Shown: one piece after another, positions 43,494 through 53,472 of the stretch
How the letters are laid out: every line of letters begins with the position of its first letter
Position numbering within the stretch: position 1 is the first letter of the stretch
Source of the DNA: an uncultured delta proteobacterium
Lineage (GTDB): Bacteria > Desulfobacterota > Binatia > UBA9968
DNA length: 64,000 bases
Reading direction: 5' to 3'
Assembly (NCBI GenBank): GCA_963727625.1
Contig: CAVSHR010000002.1
Span: 544,001-608,000 of the forward strand
Position numbers and translations under genes: made by a program
Notes under the pieces: model-generated
Databases searched by the model: none
Told to the model about the DNA's origin: nothing
The model's input: only the letters and a program-made list of their open reading frames with translations

Positions 43494-45530
43494 ATGAGGA
43501 TCGCAGTCGATATAGGCGGAACCTTTACCGACTTGGTCGCGGTGGACGACCAGGGGAAAATCTATCGCAGTAAGTCGCTAACCACACCGGACGATCTGGC
43601 GCGGGGCATCGATGATTGTCTCAAAGGCGCGGCGATCGATGTCGCCGGCGCCGATTTCTTCGTCCACGGCTCGACGGTGACGATCAACGCGGTGCTCGAG
43701 CGCAAGGGCGCGCGCACCGGCCTGATCACCACCAAGGGGTTTCGCGACGTTTACGAGATCGGCCGGGGCAACCGGCCGGAAGGCTACAACCTGTTTTTCA
43801 AGCGGCCGGTGCCGCTGGTGCCGCGCGATCTGCGCCTGGAAGTGGACGAGCGGCTTTACGCCAGCGGCGAAGTGCTCAAGACACTCAACGAACAGACGGC
43901 GACGGCGGCGATCGGCGCGCTCGAGGCGGCCGGCGTCGGGAGCGTCGCAGTTTGTTTGCTTCACGCCTACGCCAACGCGGCGCACGAGCAGCGGCTCGGC
44001 GAGCTGCTGAGGGAACAATTCCCGGAGGCCTACGTTTCATTGTCCCATGAGATCCTGCGCGAGTTTCGCGAGTACGAGCGCACCTCGACCACGGTGCTCA
44101 ATGCCTACGTCGGACCGCTGGTTTGCCGCTATCTGGTCTCTTTAGAAAAAATGCTCGGCGCCGCGGGTTTTGGCGGCACCTTTTGTGTGATGCAGTCCAA
44201 CGGCGGCGTGATGTCGGCGGAGACCGCGAAAAAGATGCCGGTGACGATGATGGAATCGGGACCGGTGGCTGGGGTGATCGCGGCGGCGCGCTTGGGCGAA
44301 GCGCTCGACTGCCGGCAGATCATCTCCTTCGACATGGGCGGCACGACTGCGAAGTCGAGCCTGATCAAAGATTTTCATCCGGAAGTTACCAGCAGCTATT
44401 ACGTCGGCGGCTATGTGTCGGGCCACCCGATGATGCTCCCGGTGGTCGACATCGTCGAAGTCGGCAACGGCGGCGGCAGCATCGCCTGGATCGATCTTGC
44501 CGGGGGCCTGAAAGTGGGGCCGCAGAGCGCCGGCGCGGCGCCGGGTCCGGCCTGTTACGGCAAGGGTGGGACGGAGCCGACGGTGACCGACGCCAACCTT
44601 ATCGCCGGCCGCATCGACCCGGAATATTTTCTCGGCAGCGGTATTCGCTTGCAGCGCGACAAAGCGGCGCAGGCAATCACGGAAAAAATTGCCAAGCCGC
44701 TGAAACTTTCCCTCGAAGAGGCAGCGCTTGGTATTCTCACTATAGCCAACTTCAACATGTCGCTGTCGGTGCGCGCGGTGTCAGTAGAAAAGGGCTACGA
44801 CCCGCGCGACTGCGTGCTGGTGCCGAGCGGCGGCGGCGGCGCGCTGCACGCGATGGCGATCGCGCGCGAATTGTCCGTGCCGCGGGTGATCATCCCGCCC
44901 ATGCCGGCGCATTTCTCCGCGTTTGGCATGCTGCTCGCCGATCTCAAGCATGACTACGTGCAGACCTTCGTGCGCGAATTGGCCGAGACCAGCGGCGGCG
45001 AGATCGCCGATGCCTTCGCAGTGCTGGAAGAGTCCGCTACCGATACCTTGCGCGAAGAAGGCACGAAACCGGAGCAGTTGCTGCTACGCCGCTTCCTTGA
45101 TATGCGCTACCGCGGCCAGGAGTATACCTTGCCGGTGCCGGTCACCGAGGATCTGCGCGCAGTCAAAGATTTCAGCGCCATTCGTGCCCGCTTCGACCAG
45201 CTGCACCAGGAACACTACGGCCACTCCGCGCCCAAGGAGCCGGTGATGATGGTCAACCTGCGGCTTTCCGCGCTGGGGAAAACCGACAGCCGCTTGCCCT
45301 TGGCACAGACGCAGAGCGACGGCGAGAGCGGTGAACGGGGCCGGCGTCCGGTGATTTTTGACAGCAAAGCGGTCGATACGCCGATTTACCTTTACAGCGC
45401 GCTCAAGCCTGGCGACCGACTTGAGGGTCCCGCGGCGATCGAGGAGATGGGCGCGACGATTCTTGTCTATCCGGGCGATAAAATGCGAGTGAACGAATTT
45501 GGCCATCTGGTGATCGACATCGCAAGCTGA
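43494..45530 (+). CDS. Hydantoinase A/oxoprolinase ATP-binding subunit
   Basis: IAVDIGGTFTD, REYERTSTT, ESGPVAG, FDMGGTT, GPQSAGAAPGPACYG, DMRYRGQ. Confidence 0.93.
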   Translation: MRIAVDIGGTFTDLVAVDDQGKIYRSKSLTTPDDLARGIDDCLKGAAIDVAGADFFVHGSTVTINAVLERKGARTGLITTKGFRDVYEIGRGNRPEGYNLFFKRPVPLVPRDLRLEVDERLYASGEVLKTLNEQTATAAIGALEAAGVGSVAVCLLHAYANAAHEQRLGELLREQFPEAYVSLSHEILREFREYERTSTTVLNAYVGPLVCRYLVSLEKMLGAAGFGGTFCVMQSNGGVMSAETAKKMPVTMMESGPVAGVIAAARLGEALDCRQIISFDMGGTTAKSSLIKDFHPEVTSSYYVGGYVSGHPMMLPVVDIVEVGNGGGSIAWIDLAGGLKVGPQSAGAAPGPACYGKGGTEPTVTDANLIAGRIDPEYFLGSGIRLQRDKAAQAITEKIAKPLKLSLEEAALGILTIANFNMSLSVRAVSVEKGYDPRDCVLVPSGGGGALHAMAIARELSVPRVIIPPMPAHFSAFGMLLADLKHDYVQTFVRELAETSGGEIADAFAVLEESATDTLREEGTKPEQLLLRRFLDMRYRGQEYTLPVPVTEDLRAVKDFSAIRARFDQLHQEHYGHSAPKEPVMMVNLRLSALGKTDSRLPLAQTQSDGESGERGRRPVIFDSKAVDTPIYLYSALKPGDRLEGPAAIEEMGATILVYPGDKMRVNEFGHLVIDIAS

Positions 45531-45584
45531 AAATAGCTGATAGCGATTCCAACGACGATCTGAGCGCTGACAATTCACAGAAGC

Positions 45585-45657
45585 GAGATTCGTCGCATTG
45601 TTCGGAATGACAGAATCAGAGCGAAGTGATTTCATCCCCAACGCAGTAAAGGATCTC
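45585..45657. repeat. Degenerate REP-like inverted doublet, probably the same family as 43376-43446
   Basis: gagattcgtcgcattgttcggaatgaca ... tttcatccccaacgcagtaaaggatctc. Confidence 0.55.
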
Positions 45658-45682
45658 GACCGAGTGAAATCGAACCCCTAGA

Positions 45683-47029
45683 ATGGCTGACGAAACCCTC
45701 AGCGAGAAGCTAGCAAGCCATCTTTCATCGCTTCGATTTGATGACATTCCAACTCATGTGGTCGGAGCGGCAAAACTGCATATCCTCGATTCCATCGGCT
45801 GCCTGCTGGCAGGCTCCCGTCTCAATCCGGGCAAACTCGCTTATGCGTTGGCTGGCCGGGTGAGCGGTTCAGAGGAAAAATCCTCGGTGACGCTGCCCGA
45901 CGGAATTCAGGCGATGGCCGCGGCCGCGCACTGCGGCGAGCTCGACGACATCCACGGCGGCGCCGGCACCTGCATTGGCGCCATGATCGTTCCTGCTTTA
46001 GTTGCGATGGCCGACAGATACGGCGGCAGCGGAGCGAGCCTACTCGAATCTGCCGTCGTCGGTTACGAAACCAACATTCGTGTCGGCTTGAGCATCGGCG
46101 CGCCGCATCTCTTCGCGCGCGGCTGGTGGCCAAGCACGATCTGCGGTGCTTTCGGAGTCGCGGCGGCGGGCGCCAAGTTTTTGAACCTCACGGCGGATCA
46201 AAGCGCCAACGCGTTGGGCATCGCGGCGCTGCATAGCGGGGGATTGATCACCGGTGGTCAGGAAGGCGCAACCGCGCGTCATCTTGCCTTCGGCCACGCG
46301 GCGCGCAGCGGTGTTCTAGCGCTGCTGGCTGCGGAACAGGGCTTTACCGGGCCGAAGCGCGCCTTCGAAGATCCGCGCGGTTTTTGTTTGACGCTCTGCG
46401 CCGAGCCCAAGTGGGATTTGTTAACCGACTTTAGCCGGTACTACTTGCCCGAAGTTGCATTCAAACCGTATCCCTGTGCGCGCCAGCTGCACGCCGGCGT
46501 CGAAGCGCTATTGAAAATCTTGCATGCGCAGGCGTTACCGGCAGAGAAGATAGAAGCGATAGAACTCGCGGTGCCGACCCAGAACGCCGGCATGGCGGAT
46601 CGCCCGTCGACGCCGACCCTGCGCGCCGCGACATTGGGCAGCGGACAGTACGTGATGGCGGTCACGGCGCTCCGCGGAGAGATGGACTTGGCGTCGTTTG
46701 AAGAGGAGTTTCTTGGCGACGAAACGGTGCGCCGGCTCATGGGTAAAGTGAAAGTCTCCGGTAGCGCCGATCTCGACCGGTATTTCCCCAAATACTGGTC
46801 CGGCCGGGTGACGGTCAAATCGAGCGGCGAAACTCATACCGAAGAGGTGATAATCCCAAAGGGCGAGGAGGGCAATCCGATGAGCGCGGCGGAAGTGGAG
46901 GAAAAATTTTCATCCTTGGCAACGCCGATTGTCGGTAAAGGCAAGACTGAAGTAATGCTTCAGGAAGCGCAGTCGTTGGAGCAGCGCGGTTCGTTGGTGG
47001 CGTTGATCGATGCGCTGAGCGCGGAATGA
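45683..47029 (+). CDS. MmgE/PrpD family protein
   Basis: AKLHILDSIGC, ELDDIH, VVGYE, FKPYPC, PKGEEGNPMS. Confidence 0.9.
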   Translation: MADETLSEKLASHLSSLRFDDIPTHVVGAAKLHILDSIGCLLAGSRLNPGKLAYALAGRVSGSEEKSSVTLPDGIQAMAAAAHCGELDDIHGGAGTCIGAMIVPALVAMADRYGGSGASLLESAVVGYETNIRVGLSIGAPHLFARGWWPSTICGAFGVAAAGAKFLNLTADQSANALGIAALHSGGLITGGQEGATARHLAFGHAARSGVLALLAAEQGFTGPKRAFEDPRGFCLTLCAEPKWDLLTDFSRYYLPEVAFKPYPCARQLHAGVEALLKILHAQALPAEKIEAIELAVPTQNAGMADRPSTPTLRAATLGSGQYVMAVTALRGEMDLASFEEEFLGDETVRRLMGKVKVSGSADLDRYFPKYWSGRVTVKSSGETHTEEVIIPKGEEGNPMSAAEVEEKFSSLATPIVGKGKTEVMLQEAQSLEQRGSLVALIDALSAE

Positions 47030-47228
47030 GTTTCGTCTCATGCTCTGGCCGGCCTTGGCTCACCCCAGGTGCACGGCGGGTTCCCGAGAACGCCGTGTGG
47101 ATTGTTCTTCACTAGCGCGCCGGTGTGATGCCCCAATGAGTTGACGATTCATTTATACAGACTTCTTGACTGAGGCTTGCCAATCCCTAACATCTTGACA
47201 GAAATGCGCCGGCGGTGACGGGCGCAAG

Positions 47229-47449
47229 CAGATAATTTTTATCGCCGGCGGCGTCGGGGCGGGAAAGGCCTCCAGCATCCACGCACTTCCGGGTGCGGCC
47301 AACGGGTGGAAGCGGCGGAGGTCGTTTACGACAATCGTACCGCGAATGACGCGGTTATCGCCGATTTTGGGTTCGTCAAGGCTATGGCGCGCAAATATTT
47401 CCGCGAGGATTTAAAAGTTGCATTATTGCGTCTTGTAGGAGGCATATGA
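47229..47449 (+). pseudogene. Possible decayed P-loop (zeta-toxin-like) gene fragment
   Basis: QIIFIAGGVGAGKASS followed after a frameshift by VEAAEVVYD; no intact ORF. Confidence 0.3.
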
Positions 47450-47633
47450 AAAAGGTAAAAGGGGCGGCGAAAACGGAATTTTCGAAAATATCTATAAAGC
47501 GATTAAAGGAAATGTGCCTTGAGGATTACACCAGGCTGCTGGCCCGAAACATGGTTGAAACGCTCAACACCAAGACCAAAAAGTCCAAAGGCAACGCAAG
47601 ATTCCCGGCGGGCCAAAAATAGACGTTAGACCG

Positions 47634-49028
47634 ATGCCCACAGACTCCGACATCGCGTTGGAGAAGCCAAGCGCGCTTGACCGTTTATTGCGGCTGTTTG
47701 CCGACGTGCGCGCCGGCGAAGGATTGACCGTGGTCTTGCTCACAGTCAATCTTTTTTCGCTCTTGACTGCTTATCTGATTATCAAGACCGTGCGCGAGGC
47801 GCTGATCCTTTCGGAAGGCGGCGCCGAGATCAAAAGTTATACGGCGGCGGGCCAGGCGATCTTGTTGTTCCTCCTTGTGCCGAGCTACGGGTACCTGGCC
47901 AGCAAGGTCAACCGCATCAAATTGATCAACGCGACGAGCTTGTTCTTTATCTCCAATCTCGGCGTATTTTATCTGATGTCTCAACTGCGCGTGCCGCTGG
48001 GCGTGGCGTTTTTCCTTTGGGTCGGTATCTTCAATCTTTTTATCATTGCCCAGTTCTGGTCGTTTGCCAACGATATTTACACCGAGGATCAAGGCAAGCG
48101 CCTGTTTGCCATCATTGCCTTTGGCGGATCGCTGGGCGCCATCTTGGGACCCAAAATCGCTAGCTCGCTGTTTGAACCGTTCGGCCCCTACGTGCTGATG
48201 CTGGTAACGGCGGCGCTTTTAAGCGTTTGTATGATCTTTCCCAACATTGTCCATCGAAGGGAAGGCGCCGGCGCGCGGGCGGTCAAGAAAGGCGGAGATG
48301 TGGCGCAGCCGTTGGCAAGAGGGGGGGCGTTCCGACTCGTGATCGGCAAACCTTATCTGTTGCTGATCGCTTTCTTGATGGTCATTACGAACGTTGTTAA
48401 CACCACCGGAGAGTTCATCTTGGGAAAGACTGTAACGCAAGAGGCGCAACGGCTCGCCGATGCCGCCCCGGCGGAGGCGAAAAGCGGTGAAACGGCAGAC
48501 TCCATCGCGGCGAAACCGAACGGCCAAAAAATCCGCGATTTCATCGGACGCTTTTATGGCGATTTTTTCTTCACGGTCAGTGTGATAAGCGCGTTAGCGC
48601 AATTGTTTTTGGTGTCGCGGATCATGAAGTACTGCGGCGTGCCGGCTTCGTTGTTTTTCCTGCCCATTGTCGCGCTGACCGGCTATTCAGCGATCTCCTT
48701 GTTTCCCACACTGGCGATTATCCGGTTGGCCAAGGTCGCGGAGAATAGCACCGACTACTCGCTGCAAAACACCGCGCGCCAGGCGTTATTTCTGCCGACC
48801 AGCCGAGAAGAAAAATACAAGGCGAAAGCCGCGATCGATACGTTCTTTGTTCGGATCGGTGATCTGCTATCGACGGCGCTGGTGTTTTTAAGCGTCCAGT
48901 TTTCGCTCAACGTGCAGACGCTGAGCCTGATCAACGTGCTGCTCGTCGTCTTATGGCTCTTGGCTGCGGTTGCAATCGGCCGGCGTTACGGCGTGCTCGC
49001 CAGGGAAGAAAACAGCACGGCTCCATAG
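47634..49028 (+). CDS. Npt1/Npt2 (ATP/ADP translocase, NTT) family transporter
   Basis: AYLIIKTVREALI, AQFWSFANDIY...KRLFAII, DYSLQNTARQALFLPTSREEKYKAKAAIDTFFVRIGD; many TM helices. Confidence 0.88.
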   Translation: MPTDSDIALEKPSALDRLLRLFADVRAGEGLTVVLLTVNLFSLLTAYLIIKTVREALILSEGGAEIKSYTAAGQAILLFLLVPSYGYLASKVNRIKLINATSLFFISNLGVFYLMSQLRVPLGVAFFLWVGIFNLFIIAQFWSFANDIYTEDQGKRLFAIIAFGGSLGAILGPKIASSLFEPFGPYVLMLVTAALLSVCMIFPNIVHRREGAGARAVKKGGDVAQPLARGGAFRLVIGKPYLLLIAFLMVITNVVNTTGEFILGKTVTQEAQRLADAAPAEAKSGETADSIAAKPNGQKIRDFIGRFYGDFFFTVSVISALAQLFLVSRIMKYCGVPASLFFLPIVALTGYSAISLFPTLAIIRLAKVAENSTDYSLQNTARQALFLPTSREEKYKAKAAIDTFFVRIGDLLSTALVFLSVQFSLNVQTLSLINVLLVVLWLLAAVAIGRRYGVLAREENSTAP

Positions 49029-49194
49029 GACGGTACGGTCTGCCGGCGCCATCCGCTGGGCGGCAAAGCGGAAGAGTCCATGGGGCAGCTCATCCTATCC
49101 GAAGGGCGGCTGCAATTGCACTCCAGGCGAATTGCGGGCATAAAATCCGTTGGAGATCGAAGTTTAACCTTTTTGTTGTTCGGAGGTTCAAAAC

Positions 49195-49977
49195 ATGGCT
49201 GCAGAGTCCACCCCCGGTTACGATCTGCTTTACGATATCATTCGCCGCCGCTCGAGCGTGCGCAAGCTGAAACCGGATCCGATTCCCGACGGTTATATCG
49301 ATAAGATTCTCGAGGCAGGTCGCTGGGCGATGTCCGGCGCCAATTCGCAGCCCTGGGAGTACATCGTGGTCAAGGATCCCAAGGTCAAAAAGGACTTGTT
49401 CCGCTGCTACTCGGAGGACAACACCGACTTCATTTATTGGATGGAGCAGCAGCGGGTGTTTGAACTGCGTCACCCGGCGTATCAGATGACCGCCGACGAG
49501 GCGGTGGAACGGCAGCGGCGCGGCGCAGGATGGTCCGAAGCGCCGGCGTTGATCGTTGTCGTCGGCGACGGCCGGCGCCAGTGGGGGACTGTGCAAGGCG
49601 CGCATACCTTTGGCCGCGATCAATCGCATCTGACCGACGGTTTGGCGAATACCTGCACATTTATGCATCTCGCTGCCGTCTCGCTCGGACTGGCAACCCA
49701 GTGGGTGACGATTCACGTGCAGGAGCCGTTCAAGAAAGTGCTCGGCGTGCCGGATCTGATGATGCTTTACTTAATAATCCCCATCGGCTACCCCGCGGTG
49801 CAGCCGTCCGAAGGCGTGCGCCGCCCTCTGGAAGAAATCGTCCACCACGATCATTACGAACAAGATAAATTCATGAGCAATGAGCGGGTGATTCAGTTCC
49901 TATATGAGCTTCGTGGGAAGACTTTGCAGACCTATCGTCAGTCGTATGTCGGAAAGGACGAGACCAAGAAGTCGTAA
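49195..49977 (+). CDS. Nitroreductase family protein (copy 2)
   Basis: RRSSVRKLKPDPIP, WAMSGANSQPWEY; close paralogue of 38553-39338. Confidence 0.9.
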   Translation: MAAESTPGYDLLYDIIRRRSSVRKLKPDPIPDGYIDKILEAGRWAMSGANSQPWEYIVVKDPKVKKDLFRCYSEDNTDFIYWMEQQRVFELRHPAYQMTADEAVERQRRGAGWSEAPALIVVVGDGRRQWGTVQGAHTFGRDQSHLTDGLANTCTFMHLAAVSLGLATQWVTIHVQEPFKKVLGVPDLMMLYLIIPIGYPAVQPSEGVRRPLEEIVHHDHYEQDKFMSNERVIQFLYELRGKTLQTYRQSYVGKDETKKS

Positions 49978-50034
49978 GGGGACAGGAGTGAGGGGTGAGG
50001 GGCTTTGATCAACGAAATCCCGGAGCAATTTTAC

Positions 50035-51729
50035 ATGTCCGTAGATCCGATTACTGTCGAAATCATCCGCTGCGCTTTGAAGGCCGCCGCCAACGAGATG
50101 TCGGCGGTGCTCAAGCGCACCGCTTACAACATGATGATTTACGAGGTGCAGGATTACTGTGTCAGCATCGTCGACCACGCCGGCCGGACCATGTCGCAAA
50201 ACGAGGGCGCGCTGCCGATTTTTCTCGCCGACCTGGGCGTCGCGGTGGAGGACGGCGTCCAAATATACGGCTTGAACAATATTCATCAGGGCGACGTGTT
50301 TCTGGTCAACCATCCTGAGATTTGCGGTCAGCACTTGAACAACATGGTCGTCTATACGCCGTTTTTCTGGGATGGCAAGCTGCTATGTTTTCTCGCCGTG
50401 CGGGCGCACTGGATCGATGTTGGCGGCGGCAGCACCGGTTTCGGTTCGAGCAACACCCGCGACGTTTACGAAGAGGGGCTGCAAGTCCGCTCGGTCAAAA
50501 TTTACAACGAGGGCCGGCCCAACACCGAAGTGCTGCGCTTGATCGAAGACAATATTCGTTTTCCCGAGTCGTCGCTCGGCGACCTGCGCGCCCAGATCGC
50601 CTGCTGCCGCACGGGAGAGGAGCGCCTCGAACAAATCTGCCGCAAATATGGTGGCCCGGTCTTTCTTGAAGCGGTGGAAACGATTTGGAATCAGACCGAT
50701 AAGCTGGTGCGCGAAGCGGTGCGGGCGATTCCCGACGGCGATTACGAAGCCTCGTCATTTCTCGACGACGACGGCAGAGTGATGAACAAGACGATTCCGA
50801 TCAAGGTGAAAGTCGCTGTGCGCGGCGATGAACTCACCATCGATTTTTCCGAAGTCGCCGATCAGGTGCCGGGCTTTATCAATTGTGGTTCTTCCGGCGG
50901 CATGGCCGCAGCGCGGGTCGCGTTCAAAGCCTTGACCGCGCCGAAGCGCGAAGTCAACGAAGGCTCCTTTCGCGCGCTCAAGGTGGTTTTGCCGCCCGGC
51001 AAGCTGCTCAGCGCGCTTAGGCCGGCGCCGATCGGCGGCTGGAGCCTGTCGCTGCCGACGGTGCTCGATACGATCTTTCGCGCCTTGGCGCCGGCGCTAC
51101 CGGAGCGCGTGCCGGCGGCGCATAAAGGCGATATGGGCGGCTACGCGATCTTCGGTACGAATTCCAAGACCGGCAGGCGCTACGTCTGCCAAAATATCAT
51201 CGGCGGCGGCTGGGGAGGCCGGCCCTTCGAGGACGGTGTTTCTGCGGCAGTGTCGATGTGTCAGGGCGATGTGAAAAACACACCCATCGAGCTTCAGGAG
51301 CTTTACTATCCTCTGCTTTACGAGTGCCATGCATTCAGAGCCGACAGCGGCGGCGCCGGCAAGTACCGCGGCGGCATCGGCGTCGAGGTCAAGGTGACGC
51401 CGCGCGAAAATTGTTTTCTAAGCCGCAACACGGATCGGATCAAATGCCCGCCTTGGGGACTGTCCGGCGGCGCCGAGGGAGCGGTGAACGAGACGCGCAT
51501 TCGGCGCAATGGCAAAGAGGAGACGTTGCCGGGAAAATTCAGCCATCTGCTGGTTCAGCCCGGCGAGACGATAACTTTTCTTACCGCCGGTGGCGGCGGA
51601 TACGGCGCACCCTGCGAACGGGATCACGCTGCAATCAAAAAAGATCTCGAGTTGGGTTACGTTTCGCAGGCGCGCGCGCAGCTCGTTTACGCTGGGACTA
51701 ACGTGAAGACCACGCGACGCCGCGACTAA
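50035..51729 (+). CDS. Hydantoinase B/oxoprolinase family protein (copy 2)
   Basis: DPITVEII, NHPEICGQHLNN, AHWIDVGG, DSGGAGKYRGG; paralogue of 39339-41003. Confidence 0.92.
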   Translation: MSVDPITVEIIRCALKAAANEMSAVLKRTAYNMMIYEVQDYCVSIVDHAGRTMSQNEGALPIFLADLGVAVEDGVQIYGLNNIHQGDVFLVNHPEICGQHLNNMVVYTPFFWDGKLLCFLAVRAHWIDVGGGSTGFGSSNTRDVYEEGLQVRSVKIYNEGRPNTEVLRLIEDNIRFPESSLGDLRAQIACCRTGEERLEQICRKYGGPVFLEAVETIWNQTDKLVREAVRAIPDGDYEASSFLDDDGRVMNKTIPIKVKVAVRGDELTIDFSEVADQVPGFINCGSSGGMAAARVAFKALTAPKREVNEGSFRALKVVLPPGKLLSALRPAPIGGWSLSLPTVLDTIFRALAPALPERVPAAHKGDMGGYAIFGTNSKTGRRYVCQNIIGGGWGGRPFEDGVSAAVSMCQGDVKNTPIELQELYYPLLYECHAFRADSGGAGKYRGGIGVEVKVTPRENCFLSRNTDRIKCPPWGLSGGAEGAVNETRIRRNGKEETLPGKFSHLLVQPGETITFLTAGGGGYGAPCERDHAAIKKDLELGYVSQARAQLVYAGTNVKTTRRRD

Positions 51730-52088
51730 TCGGTCATTTACTCACAATCGGACGGCATTTTTTCCGCAGGGCTACGAAAGAAATCGTTAAAATACTGACC
51801 GGTTATTTGCTCATCATCTCGATCCGGCCGTCCAAGAGTTCGATACGATAATGATCGCCGTTCCAATCCGCGGCGTCGACGTGATCCGAACGGAGCTCAA
51901 AAGAATTGTGGTTTAGCTTCGCATATTTCATCCGACCATTTCCCAGCGCCTATCCCCCGAACATGTAGGCCTATGAGACTGCCCCTATCGTCCTAAACGG
52001 AAAGCTTAATCGTTGCCGTCTGCCGACTTGCCAAACCACGAGCCGTTGCTATAGAACGCCCTTATCACGACAACCGGGCGATCGTCAG

Positions 52089-52116
52089 TTGAACCGTTTG
52101 CGATATCGCCGCGACT
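52089..52116 (+). promoter_or_regulatory. Putative ECF promoter 1 (autoregulatory)
   Basis: TTGAACC-gtttgcgatatcgcc-GCGACT. Confidence 0.8.
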
Positions 52117-52195
52117 CACCTTTCAGAGAGGAAGACACCTGTATTCTACCGGACTGACATTTCCACGGTGAACGGCGGCGGTCTTGGAAACACGC

Positions 52196-52777
52196 ATGAA
52201 TGTCGATAGCAAGAATATGGGGCGGGGGGAGGACGTCGTTTGGATCAAGCAGATCGCGGCGGGGAATCGCGACGCCTTCGAGAAACTCTATGGCGAGTAT
52301 CAAAAACGCTTGTTTCGTTATTTTCTGCGCATGGTCAGCAGCGTGGAAGCCGCCGAGGAGCTTACCAACGATGTATTGGTGGAGGTATGGAAAAAAGCCG
52401 GAGAGTTTCGCGGCCTGTCCAAGGTGTCGACTTGGATCTTCGGCATCGCGCACCATAAGGCCATGAACGAATATCGCAGCAGGAAACCGGCAACGGTCGG
52501 TCTGGAAGCCGCCGCCAACAAAGCCGACCCGGCCGACACGCCTGAAGAGAGCGCGGCACAGGTCAATCTAAAAGAAAAAATCAAACGCGCACTGCAAGCG
52601 CTATCGCCGGAGCACCGCGAGGTGATGGAGCTCACATTCACCAACGGGCTTTCTTACCAGGAAATTTCCGATGTCATGCAATGTCCGGTAAACACGGTGA
52701 AGACGCGCATGTTTTACGCCAAGAAGCAATTGCAGGAGATTTTGCAGTCGATGGGTATCAGACGGGAGACCGCATGA
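52196..52777 (+). CDS. ECF RNA polymerase sigma-70 factor
   Basis: AFEKLY, AAEELTNDV, STWIFGIAHHKA, LSPEHRE, LSYQEIS...PVNTVKTRMFYAK; start could be 52184 or 52217. Confidence 0.95.
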   Translation: MNVDSKNMGRGEDVVWIKQIAAGNRDAFEKLYGEYQKRLFRYFLRMVSSVEAAEELTNDVLVEVWKKAGEFRGLSKVSTWIFGIAHHKAMNEYRSRKPATVGLEAAANKADPADTPEESAAQVNLKEKIKRALQALSPEHREVMELTFTNGLSYQEISDVMQCPVNTVKTRMFYAKKQLQEILQSMGIRRETA

Positions 52778-53445
52778 CGCACCAGGAAGTCATCGAACTG
52801 CTCCCCTGGTACGTCAACGCAACCTTGAGTGAGGACGAACGCCGGGAGCTGGATTCCCACTTGGCGGGCTGTGCGTCATGTCGAGTCGAGCTCGACGAAC
52901 TGACGGTTTTACAGCGGGCGATCGAGGAATCGGCGGAGGAACTGCCGGAGCCGTCGCGGTCGCGCTTGACCGAAGCGATGGCGGAAATCGGCGCGTACGA
53001 GCAGGCCAAGCAACGACCGCCAGTGAAATCCTCGTCGCGGCTTAGTGAATTCCTGGAACGGATCGGCGAGGTTTTGATGGGCTGGTGCGGGCCGCTGCCG
53101 GCGCGGGCGATGGTTGCGGCTCAATTCGTATTAATTGTCGCCCTGGCCGGCGGCCTGGGTTTCTCCCTTTGGAATCAGCGCGAGTTCTCGACCCTTTCCG
53201 GCCACCAGGTGAGCGAGGACGACGGCGCCAGGATCGCGGTTCGCTTCGAAGCGTCGATCACCGAGGCACAGTTGCGCGACGTTGTGGGTGAAATCAAGGG
53301 TACCATTGTCGCCGGCCCATCGCCCCTGGGAATCTATACGATACGAGTGCCGATCGCAGCGGAGAATACGGCGGAGCTCGATAAATTGCTGGAGCGCCTG
53401 CGGAGCAAGCGGCAAATCATCGCGTACGCCGAGAGAATGGAATAA
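52774..53445 (+). CDS. zf-HC2 membrane anti-sigma factor with small extracytoplasmic domain
   Basis: LLPWYVNATL...HLAGCASC (Hx3Cx2C), one TM helix, ATGA overlap with the sigma gene. Confidence 0.9.
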   Translation: MTHQEVIELLPWYVNATLSEDERRELDSHLAGCASCRVELDELTVLQRAIEESAEELPEPSRSRLTEAMAEIGAYEQAKQRPPVKSSSRLSEFLERIGEVLMGWCGPLPARAMVAAQFVLIVALAGGLGFSLWNQREFSTLSGHQVSEDDGARIAVRFEASITEAQLRDVVGEIKGTIVAGPSPLGIYTIRVPIAAENTAELDKLLERLRSKRQIIAYAERME

Positions 53446-53472
53446 AAATTTTTTGATCTGATCGAGGTCATC

